Of a stretch of 64,000 nt of DNA, positions 19,029 through 27,543 are shown piece after piece. Made by a program: the position numbers and the translations under genes. Below the pieces are notes generated by a model. It was not told the DNA's origin, made no database searches, and saw nothing but the letters and a program-made list of their open reading frames with translations. This DNA is from Clostridia bacterium. Its GTDB lineage: Bacteria; Bacillota; Clostridia; Christensenellales; CAG-138. Location of the stretch: contig JAVVXB010000009.1 in NCBI GenBank assembly GCA_036651815.1, forward strand, positions 22,117-86,116, written 5' to 3'. The first letter of the stretch is position 1; each line of letters starts with the position of its first letter.

Positions 19029-19736
19029 ATGGCAAACTGCGATCGCATTTTGGTTGTGGAGGACGAAGCAAACATCATCGGTTTTATGTCAGCTATTCTC
19101 ACCGCCAACAATTATGAGGTGATTAAAGCCGTTACGGGTTCTGAGTCGTTGATGATGATCACCTCGTATTGTCCGGATCTCGTCATTTTGGATCTTGGTC
19201 TGCCGGACACCGATGGACTTAATATTCTTAAATCCATGCGGGAATGGTCGCAGATCCCCATCATCGTGGTATCTGCCCGCTCGCATGAAAAAGACAAGGT
19301 ATCTGCATTGGATCTCGGTGCGGACGATTATGTCACCAAGCCGTTTTCCACAGGTGAACTGTTGGCGCGGGTACGCACGGCACTACGGCACAAAAACCAA
19401 AAAGAAACCATCCTCACCGCTTCTCTGGATGGAATTTTTCGCTGTGATGATTTACTCATTGATTACACAAAACGGCGCGTATTTCTAAAGGGTGAAGAAA
19501 TTCGGCTTACACAGATTGAATACCGGATTGCCGCCTTACTCTCTCAATACGCGGGCCGCGTGCTGACCTATGACTTTCTTCTCAAAAACGTGTGGGGTCC
19601 TAACTCCTCCTTCGACAATCAAATTCTGCGCGTCAACATGGCCAACATCCGCCGCAAAATTGAACAAAACCCCGCCGCGCCTAAATATATTTTTACGGAA
19701 ATTGGCGTCGGCTATCGAATGGCAGAATGCGACTAG
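19029..19736 (+). CDS. kdpE: OmpR-family response regulator, KdpE-like
   Basis: 'ILDLGLPD', 'ALDLGADDYVTKPF', 'LRVNMANIRRKIE', 'TEIGVGYR'. Confidence 0.85.
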   Translation: MANCDRILVVEDEANIIGFMSAILTANNYEVIKAVTGSESLMMITSYCPDLVILDLGLPDTDGLNILKSMREWSQIPIIVVSARSHEKDKVSALDLGADDYVTKPFSTGELLARVRTALRHKNQKETILTASLDGIFRCDDLLIDYTKRRVFLKGEEIRLTQIEYRIAALLSQYAGRVLTYDFLLKNVWGPNSSFDNQILRVNMANIRRKIEQNPAAPKYIFTEIGVGYRMAECD

Positions 19737-20047
19737 AAAATATTTTTTTTAATTTCTGCGCGGTTTATGCCCATCTTTTCTCGTCAATGGCCGCGCAAAA
19801 TCGTTAAAATAGTCGCGTCATTTTATGTGTTGCCAACATCGAAGCGGAAAAAATACGCTGATTTAATGCGTTTTAGTGCAATAATCCTGCTCAAATGGAA
19901 TGACATTATAAATTCTTTATACAAAACGACACTTTTTTAACAGCAATTTGCATCCCCTGTCCTGCATACTGTGTAGGGGGGGATGTCTTTCTATTTTGTT
20001 TCCCTCAGCAGATCTGAACATACAAATATTTGGAGGAGGTATCAATC

Positions 20048-21427
20048 ATGTCAAACGACAACAAGGCAACAGGTTACCTACCGGATGAACGGCCGCCATT
20101 TTGGAAACTCCTGCTGTATGCTGTGCAACAGATTATCGTCATGTTCCCCGCAACCATCCTAGTTGCACTGATCACAGGGTTCCATCTGTCCACGACCATC
20201 TTTGCCAGCGGTCTTGCCACGTTAGGATTCCTGTTTGTTACCGGAAGAAAAATTCCTCTGTACTACGGTTCCAGTTTTGCATACCTGTCCGCCATTATCG
20301 GGTTATCCGGCGGCGTTGAGTTTGGGCAGGTTCTGCCAGACGCCACAATTTCCGTTGTGCAGTTCGGCATTATGGCATCCGGTCTTGTCTCCATTGTCGC
20401 AGGTCTGATTGTTAGACGATTTGGCCGGGAAGCCATTGAAAAAGTGCTGCCTCCCACAATCACGGGACCGGTAGCCATCATCATCGGACTGACGCTTGCA
20501 GGCAATGCGCTGACCGACGCTGCACCGGCTGCGGGCGGCACGGGCATTACTGCCACGAACTTCGTCTGGGTAGTATCCTTAGTCACATTGCTGGCCACCA
20601 TCTTGTTCTCCGTCTACCTCAAAGGTGTATGGGGTCAGATTCCGCTTCTATTGGGACCGATCGCAGGTTGTCTGGTTGCAGGTGGAATTCTACTTTTCAC
20701 CGACCAGTCGATGTTCCGTGCCCTGCCTCCTGCAGCGTACAGCGGAACACCCCTGATCCCCGGGTTCCTCTCCTTACCGCACTTTACCCTGCCAATGCCC
20801 AGTTGGGCCGCCGTGCTGGCGATTATGCCCATTGCCATCGCCACCATCCCTGAATCCACGGCGCATGTGTTCCAGCTGGATATCTACGTCAACAATCTGG
20901 CTAAGAAAAAGAAGACCGGCAAAACCTATGATATTGGCGATCGTCTCGGTTCGAACCTCATCGGCGACGGCATTGGCGACATCATCTCCGCAGCCATCGG
21001 CGGTCCCGCCGGCACCAACTATGGTGAAAATATTAGCGCCATGGCCATCACCCGCGTATTTTCCGTCCCGGTATTGATGACAGCAGCCATCGTTGCCATG
21101 GTATTGGCATGCGTTACGCCATTGGTCAACGTGATTTACGCCATTCCTCAAGCCGTTATCGGCGGTATCGAGATCTATCTGTTTGGCGCAATCGCAGCTC
21201 AGGGCATCGCGATCATGATTGAAAGAAAAGCCGACATGTTTGATTCCAAGAACATTGCAGTCATCGCGGTCATCATGATCATTGGCATCGGTGGACAATA
21301 CGCATTTGGCGGTAGCATTCCGTTCTTTGGTCTGAAAGTACCCTGCGTCGCGGGTGCCGCGGTTGCAGGTATTTTGCTCAATCTTCTCCTGTCAATCGGA
21401 AAGAAGCGCACCACTTCCGAAGATTGA
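20048..21427 (+). CDS. uraA: NCS2 uracil/xanthine permease, UraA/PyrP-like
   Basis: 'YGSSFAY' and NAT signature 'TNYGENISAMAITRV'; GGAGGAGG RBS. Confidence 0.82.
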   Translation: MSNDNKATGYLPDERPPFWKLLLYAVQQIIVMFPATILVALITGFHLSTTIFASGLATLGFLFVTGRKIPLYYGSSFAYLSAIIGLSGGVEFGQVLPDATISVVQFGIMASGLVSIVAGLIVRRFGREAIEKVLPPTITGPVAIIIGLTLAGNALTDAAPAAGGTGITATNFVWVVSLVTLLATILFSVYLKGVWGQIPLLLGPIAGCLVAGGILLFTDQSMFRALPPAAYSGTPLIPGFLSLPHFTLPMPSWAAVLAIMPIAIATIPESTAHVFQLDIYVNNLAKKKKTGKTYDIGDRLGSNLIGDGIGDIISAAIGGPAGTNYGENISAMAITRVFSVPVLMTAAIVAMVLACVTPLVNVIYAIPQAVIGGIEIYLFGAIAAQGIAIMIERKADMFDSKNIAVIAVIMIIGIGGQYAFGGSIPFFGLKVPCVAGAAVAGILLNLLLSIGKKRTTSED

Positions 21428-21472
21428 TTCTGGAGATGGCAAACTACCTCCTAATTAGGTTCTCCATTCCCA

Positions 21473-21514
21473 AGAACAATGCCCGGCAGCAAATAAGCTG
21501 CCGGGCATTGTTCT
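21473..21514 (+). terminator. Strong hairpin, probable terminator after the permease
   Basis: 18-bp perfect stem AGAACAATGCCCGGCAGC / GCTGCCGGGCATTGTTCT. Confidence 0.8.
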
Positions 21515-21570
21515 ATCCCTCATTGCCACAGAACATTGAAATGTCAGACCCATTCCTGTACAATAGACGC

Positions 21571-21780
21571 TAGACGTATTTTCAAAGGAAGAATTTAGAA
21601 ATTTGAGTGGCTTTTTGTCCGTACAAGCGATAAATTCATAGGTTTGCTGACAGTCGTTAATGGCGTCGAAACACTGGAGTGGCCAAAATGATACCGATTT
21701 GTTAGCGGTAATTCATGGAACCGACATGCAGCAGCAAAAATAGATACCGAAACTGCTTTTCGAGAGAATTGCGAAACACA
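21571..21780 (+). repeat. Degenerate copy of the MITE-like repeat seen at 8112
   Basis: AGACGTATTTTCAAAGGAAGAATTT...CGTACAAGCG...CTGACAGT aligns with GTGTGTTTCCAAAAGAAGAATTT...CGTGCAAGCG...CTGGCAGT; ends TTGCGAAACACA. Confidence 0.6.
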
Positions 21781-21835
21781 TGCACATGTGAACACTACGT
21801 TTTACAAAGCGCATTTCAGGAAAGGACCATGAGCA

Positions 21836-22411
21836 ATGAAAGTCATCTGCCTCGGTGACAGCCTCACCTATGGCTTCGGTGTCCTGCGCAACCAAGTTTG
21901 GACGACGCTTTCCGCCGAACAAACCGGTTTCGAAATCATTAATGCAGGCATCAACGGCGATACGACCAGTGGCATGCTGGCACGGTTCGCGCAGGACGTT
22001 GCTCAACCGCATTCTGACACCGTGCTAATTATGGGCGGTATCAATGACCATATCGCCGGTTGTCCAGCCGGCGTGATGCAGTCAAACGTCATGGCCATGG
22101 TGCAGCAAGCAAGTGCGCTGGGCATCCAGCCAATCATTGGGCTGCCAATTCCCGTCTGCACGGAATTGCTACCGCCAAATTGGGCATCGCTTTGGCGGCT
22201 GAGGGGAGCGGATGCAGAATTATCTACCTATCTGAATTGGCTGCCTATTTTTGCGCAAGCTTTTTCCATTCCTTTGATTGATTTTAGACAGCCGTTTTTC
22301 GCTGCCGCCCAGAGCACGCTTTCTCAGCTCTATCTTGATGGCATCCATCCAACGCCATTCGGTCACAAGCTGATGGCAAAAACCTTCATTTCTTCAATCC
22401 TTATGCTTTGA
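21836..22411 (+). CDS. GDSL/SGNH hydrolase (lipase/acylhydrolase)
   Basis: Blocks GDSLT, NAGINGDT, GGIND, DGIHP. Confidence 0.92.
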   Translation: MKVICLGDSLTYGFGVLRNQVWTTLSAEQTGFEIINAGINGDTTSGMLARFAQDVAQPHSDTVLIMGGINDHIAGCPAGVMQSNVMAMVQQASALGIQPIIGLPIPVCTELLPPNWASLWRLRGADAELSTYLNWLPIFAQAFSIPLIDFRQPFFAAAQSTLSQLYLDGIHPTPFGHKLMAKTFISSILML

Positions 22412-22452
22412 TCCATCAAGCAGCTGCAAATTTGGCCGGAAAAGCAGCGGCC

Positions 22453-22755
22453 TCAGGCTGTGGCATTCGGTGCTTGTTCTTCACAAAAATGAAAGCCAAT
22501 GAATTTGCGCATGGCACAACTATCGTAGATCGCGTCTTCAAAGCCTTCGAACGAAAGATTGAATCACGGCTTGCAGCAGAACCATCCGCAACATCTTTTT
22601 GATCCCCATTGGCGGACGTTCCCGTTTGCCATTTAGGCAATAGGGGCCGAATTAGCGCAATCAATCATCCCATGGAATAATCCCATTCATGACATCCACA
22701 AATTGTTCCCGCTTCATCGTTTTTCCCTTGTGCGATACTCAATATCCGAAACCAT
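22453..22755 (-). pseudogene. IS5-family transposase N-terminal remnant (frameshifted, truncated)
   Basis: Joined frames read SDIEY..KREQFVDVMNGIIPW..LIRP/Y..GKRERPPMGIKKMLRM.LLQ/FNLS.EGFEDAIYDS.AMRKF, the IS5 transposase N-terminus. Confidence 0.8.
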
Positions 22756-23038
22756 CAGCAGATACAACGCCTGCGCTCACTTTTTTCTATGATTCCATGA
22801 ATTACAATGCTTGATTTCATCAGCGAGACCTTAGCTCTTTCTTGAGCGTCGCAAAGAAGGACTTCTTTCTCGCGTTATCATAGCAACATCCGGTTCGTTC
22901 CATGCTCTGACGTGCAGCGTACTTTTGTAATGCTCCTCTGAAAACTCGGCTTGTGTACGAACTGTCGAAGTGACTATGTAGCGTCTATTGAATAATAGAC
23001 ACTAATTGAACCCGCAAACTCCTCTTTTGAAATACGTC

Positions 23039-26000
23039 TTATGCATCCAGCACCGTACAGCGCATCACCTGATGCAAAAACTCCGGCATCGCTGTGGCAA
23101 GGGTCTGTGCATCCACGTTCTTCTGCTTAACCCGAATGCCAGGCGGCTCCGTGGCAATCAGCTGTGCGCCCTGCATTCTGCTGATGGCTGCAATGAGCCT
23201 ACCGCCATCGATGCGAGCCTCCCCATCAAATCTCAGCACAGCCTCACCATCCCGCACGGTAACGGCTTGGATAAAGCCCCGCGCAGCATAGGCTTTGATC
23301 AGCGCAATGCGCATGAGATTTTCAACAGCCTCCGGCGGTTCTCCATAGCGGTCAATCAATTCCTCCGTCACATCCAGCAATGCATCACGCCCGTCGATAT
23401 CCGCAATTCTCCGGTACACCTTCAGCCGCTGCATCTCGGAATGAATATAGGTATGCGGAATATGCGCATCCAGTGGAATATCCACCGTCGGGTCCACCGC
23501 GGGCGGCAATTCCTTACCTTGGGCTTCATCCACCGCCTGCCGAACAAGCTTTGTATAGTATTCATAACCCACGTCGCTGATATGGCCATGCTGCTCCGCG
23601 CCTAGCAGGCTGCCCGCGCCACGAATTTCCAAGTCACGCATAGCCAACTGAAACCCTGCACCAAATTGGGTAAATTCCCGGATAGCCATGAGGCGCTTAG
23701 CCGCCTTTTCATTCATGGTTCTGTTCGCTTGTACCGTGAAGTATGCATAGCCAAGGCGGTTACTGCGCCCTACACGGCCACGCAGCTGATACAATTGTGC
23801 AAGCCCCATCCGGTCGGCATCGATGACCACCAACGTATTGACGTTGGCAATATCCAATCCACTTTCAATGATGGTTGAGCACAGCAGCACATCTGCCTGA
23901 TTCTGCATAAACTCCAGCATGGCATTTTCAAGCTGCGTCTCCGCCATCTGCCCGTGCGCCATGATAATCCGCACCTCCGGCACCAGCTTTTCAATCCGCC
24001 GCGCCATGCTTTCCATCGTCTGCACATGGTTGGAAACCACATAGGTCTGTCCGCCTCGCGCCATCTCGCGGGAAATGGCGTCGGTCAGCAGTGCATCCGT
24101 ATATTCCAGCACAAAGGTCTGCACCGGATAACGCTCCTCCGGCGGCGTCTCAATGACGCTGATATCCCGAATGCCGGAGAGCGACATGTTCAGCGTGCGC
24201 GGGATGGGCGTTGCCGTCAGCGTCAGTACATCCACAGTTTTTTTGAGTTCCTTCATCTGCTCCTTATGATTGACACCAAACCGATGCTCCTCGTCAATGA
24301 TGAGAAGTCCCAGATCTTTAAACTTCAGATCCTTTGCCAGCAGCGAATGCGTTCCCACCAGAATGTCAATGTCCCCATCAGCAGTGCGCTTTTTGATCTG
24401 AATCCGCTCTTTTGCCTGTTGAAAACGCGATAGGCACGCAGCCTTGATCGGGAAATCAGAGAATCGTGACACAATGGTATTGTAGTGTTGTTGAGCCAGG
24501 ATCGTGGTCGGCACTAGAATCGCCACCTGTTTGCTATCCTGCACCGCTTTGAACGCCGCCCGCATGGCAACCTCCGTCTTTCCATAGCCCACGTCCCCGC
24601 AGAGCAGCCGATCCATCGGCCGGCTTTTTTCCATATCCGCCTTAATATCCGCTATACTCTGAATCTGATCGGGTGTTTCCTCATAGGGAAAGCGATCCTC
24701 AAATTGCTTTTGCCACGCAGTGTCCGCCGCAAAAGCATGTCCCTTCTCCCCTGCCCGCGCGGCATATAGTGCGGCAAGATCAACCGCCAGTTTTTTAGCT
24801 GCTGATTTTGCCTTGCTCACACGGTTTTCCCAATCCACACCACCAAGTTTGCTCAGCGAAGGCAGCGTCTCCTCGTCTCCGCCACCAATATATTTTTGAA
24901 TGCGATCAAGCTGATCGGTCGGGATATACAGCCGGTCGCCACCCTTGTATTCGATGAGCAGATAATCCCGGGTATTGCCCTGCACCGTCAACGGCTCTAC
25001 CTTGACAAAACGGCCGATGCCATGAGCCTCATGCACAATATAATCCCCGACATTCAGTTCTGAAAACAGCAGATGGTTCTTGCGCTTTATACCCCTGATC
25101 CCACGTTCCTGTTTACCAAACAGTTCATATTCCGCAAGCGCGGTGACTTTCAACGTTGGATACGCAAATCCCTGCCCCAGCCGCACCTCATAGATAACCG
25201 ATGAGCCTGCCTGCGGCAGCCGCGTCATCGTCTTGAGTACCGGCAGTTCCACGCCATGGTCCGTAAGCGCCGTCTGTACCCGTTCGGCAAACTCCCCGGC
25301 AAAGATCAGTATGGTTTCACCATTCGTCTGCGCACGGGTTACGTCACGTGCAAGTTCATCAAAATTGCCGAGATATTGGGCGGCATTGCGTGCAGGAAAC
25401 TGCACGACTTCGCGGGGTGAAAATGCGGGATGTGTACGCGAGAGCGCATAGGTCAGCAGTGTGCGGGGCGTATCCAGTTTCTCCATGGTTTCGGATGCAC
25501 TTCTGAGCAACTTTACCTGCTCCGGCGCCCCTTCTCCGCGCTCCAGCATCGCAGAAACCAGCTCGCAAAAACGAGTCTGCTCCGTGCGCGCCGCCTCATC
25601 CACCATCAGCGCCTCATCAATGAGCAGAATTGCGTCCTTGGGCAGATAATCTAATACGGTTTCGGTCTTGGAAAATAGCAGCGGCAACAGTACATCCCCG
25701 CCAGAGCAGGCCATTCCCTGTTCCCAAGCCGATTTCTGCTCCGAAAATCCGATTTTCCCATCGATCTTCTGCAGCGCGCGCTGGATACCCTCCGGCGACT
25801 GCGGCGTCTCAAAAGCAGGTGGCAGTGACAGTAGTTGCACCTGCTCAATGGCACGTTGCGTCACGGGATCAAACGTGCGCATTTGGTCGATTTCATCCCC
25901 AAAAAACTCAATGCGCACCGGGTAACGTTCCTGCATGGGATACACATCCACAAGATCGCCTCGCGCGGCAACCTGCCCACGACCTTCCACCAACTCCACC

Positions 26001-26494
26001 CGTTCATATCCTGCCCGCGTCAACCGTTCCAGCAACGCACGCGGCTCCAGTGCTTCACCGGTATGAATATCGATAATTTGTTCAGCGAAAGCACGCTTTG
26101 GCGCCAACGCCTGCATCGCGGCTGCCGCTGAACAGGCCACAACCGCCCGTTCATTGCGCACCAGCAACGTCAGCGCCTGTATACGATCCGACTCGCGCTC
26201 GCCGGATGCGGCGCGCACATAGGTCAGCGGTGTTTCACGTGGCAGCAATAGCGCCGTCTCAACGCCCATCAGCCTTGCATCATCCCGCAATTTTACCGCA
26301 TTCGTATCCGTGGCAGTCATCACAAGCACCGTGTGGGCACGGCTCAGTGCCGCCGCCAGATGTGCACGGTGCGCCGCAGGCAGACCAAATACCGCAACCG
26401 GGCCTTTGCCCCCCTCCAGCGCTTCCTGTATGCGCCGGAACTCTGTTGCGGAATCCAGTATGTTCAGTATAGAGTTGTCAAGAGTATGCGTGAT
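23039..26494 (-). CDS. mfd: Transcription-repair coupling factor Mfd (first ATG/GTG at 26329, but the frame and apparent homology extend to ~26494)
   Basis: UvrB-like region '[19 protein letters not shown]', RID 'VHEAHGIG', Walker [32 protein letters not shown] 'DLEIRGAG'. Confidence 0.97.
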   Translation of the reverse strand: MTHTLDNSILNILDSATEFRRIQEALEGGKGPVAVFGLPAAHRAHLAAALSRAHTVLVMTATDTNAVKLRDDARLMGVETALLLPRETPLTYVRAASGERESDRIQALTLLVRNERAVVACSAAAAMQALAPKRAFAEQIIDIHTGEALEPRALLERLTRAGYERVELVEGRGQVAARGDLVDVYPMQERYPVRIEFFGDEIDQMRTFDPVTQRAIEQVQLLSLPPAFETPQSPEGIQRALQKIDGKIGFSEQKSAWEQGMACSGGDVLLPLLFSKTETVLDYLPKDAILLIDEALMVDEAARTEQTRFCELVSAMLERGEGAPEQVKLLRSASETMEKLDTPRTLLTYALSRTHPAFSPREVVQFPARNAAQYLGNFDELARDVTRAQTNGETILIFAGEFAERVQTALTDHGVELPVLKTMTRLPQAGSSVIYEVRLGQGFAYPTLKVTALAEYELFGKQERGIRGIKRKNHLLFSELNVGDYIVHEAHGIGRFVKVEPLTVQGNTRDYLLIEYKGGDRLYIPTDQLDRIQKYIGGGDEETLPSLSKLGGVDWENRVSKAKSAAKKLAVDLAALYAARAGEKGHAFAADTAWQKQFEDRFPYEETPDQIQSIADIKADMEKSRPMDRLLCGDVGYGKTEVAMRAAFKAVQDSKQVAILVPTTILAQQHYNTIVSRFSDFPIKAACLSRFQQAKERIQIKKRTADGDIDILVGTHSLLAKDLKFKDLGLLIIDEEHRFGVNHKEQMKELKKTVDVLTLTATPIPRTLNMSLSGIRDISVIETPPEERYPVQTFVLEYTDALLTDAISREMARGGQTYVVSNHVQTMESMARRIEKLVPEVRIIMAHGQMAETQLENAMLEFMQNQADVLLCSTIIESGLDIANVNTLVVIDADRMGLAQLYQLRGRVGRSNRLGYAYFTVQANRTMNEKAAKRLMAIREFTQFGAGFQLAMRDLEIRGAGSLLGAEQHGHISDVGYEYYTKLVRQAVDEAQGKELPPAVDPTVDIPLDAHIPHTYIHSEMQRLKVYRRIADIDGRDALLDVTEELIDRYGEPPEAVENLMRIALIKAYAARGFIQAVTVRDGEAVLRFDGEARIDGGRLIAAISRMQGAQLIATEPPGIRVKQKNVDAQTLATAMPEFLHQVMRCTVLDA

Positions 26495-26531
26495 GGATCA
26501 CCTCAAATTTCAGAACCTGCACAGCATCAAA

Positions 26532-27122
26532 CTATTCTTTGCTGCCAGTTCCTTGATGTTTTTTGTTGTATTTCGCCTGTGCATCTGCAATTCGACCCGC
26601 TAGGATCATTTTTACTGCATCGGCAGCCGCGTCAAACGCATCTGAAAGCTGTGCTTGTTCCGCCTTGCTGGGCTTTTTGAGCACATAGTCCTTGAGCGCA
26701 TCGCCTTGGTTGCTGCCAACCCCAATGCGTACGCGGGGAAACTGATCGCTGCCCACGCAGGCAAGCACGGATCGCATGCCATTGTGCGTACCCGCACTGC
26801 CACTGCTACGAATACGAAGCCCGCCCACCGGCAGGTCAATATCATCGTAGAGTACAATCAGATTTTCCGGCGGCACCTTGTAAAAGTGCAAAATCGACTG
26901 CACACAGTCGCCGGATAGATTCATGTACGTTGTAGGCTTGACGAGGATCACCCGTTGCCCATTTTGATTTCCTTCGCCATATAAGCCGGAAAAGCCACGC
27001 TTGTTAAACCGGACGCCCATGCACTCCGCAAGACGTTCGACAGCTTGGAAACCGGCGTTATGGCGTGTTTTTCGATAGATCAGCCCGGGATTTCCCAAGC
27101 CCACAATCATATAAATTTCCAT
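26532..27122 (-). CDS. pth: Peptidyl-tRNA hydrolase
   Basis: IVGLGNPG, TRHNAGF, KPTTYMNLSG, GTHNG, RVRIGVG; conserved pth-mfd synteny. Confidence 0.97.
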   Translation of the reverse strand: MEIYMIVGLGNPGLIYRKTRHNAGFQAVERLAECMGVRFNKRGFSGLYGEGNQNGQRVILVKPTTYMNLSGDCVQSILHFYKVPPENLIVLYDDIDLPVGGLRIRSSGSAGTHNGMRSVLACVGSDQFPRVRIGVGSNQGDALKDYVLKKPSKAEQAQLSDAFDAAADAVKMILAGRIADAQAKYNKKHQGTGSKE

Positions 27123-27152
27123 AGTCTTTTATTTTATCATTGAAATGCGCTC

Positions 27153-27182
27153 TTGACAACCACTCTGTTTTTATGATAAAAT
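27153..27182 (+). promoter_or_regulatory. sigmaA promoter for the T-box/metG leader
   Basis: TTGACA-N18-TAAAAT with extended -10 TG. Confidence 0.7.
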
Positions 27183-27194
27183 GCGCACATTCTA

Positions 27195-27472
27195 TATAAG
27201 CGATGACGGAAAGAGTAAGCGGTAATACCTCTTGGCAGAGAGTCGGGCACTGGGCATGGATTCCCATGGTGCAAGCCCGGCAGAGGCGTCCCGCCGAACA
27301 TGGCTCCCGAGCTTCTCGTAGTGAACGCTTCATTTGCCTGAACGCGAGCGGGTACGGCCCGATACAGCCTGAACTTATGCCCCCGGTCTCGGGGAAGTAG
27401 GGTGGCTTACAAACAGTGGTGTCTTTGGGTGCATACTGTCCTTACAGGATGGTATGCACCTGTTTTCTTTTA
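27195..27472 (+). ncRNA. T-box riboswitch, Met specifier
   Basis: Stem I elements AAGAGTA, CAGAGAG, GGTGCAA; specifier loop GAAC-ATG (27300-27302); terminator 27428-27460 plus T tract; directly upstream of metG. Confidence 0.85.
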
Positions 27473-27543
27473 TGGAAAAGTTTCGTGAACCACCATGCAC
27501 GCTTTTTACGTACTTGCATTAAAATTTAGGAGGAAATCATACC

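Noticed and set aside
17935-19736. A complete Kdp potassium uptake system
   Set aside because: No kdpFABC in the window, and the kinase lacks the KdpD N-terminal, Usp and GAF domains.
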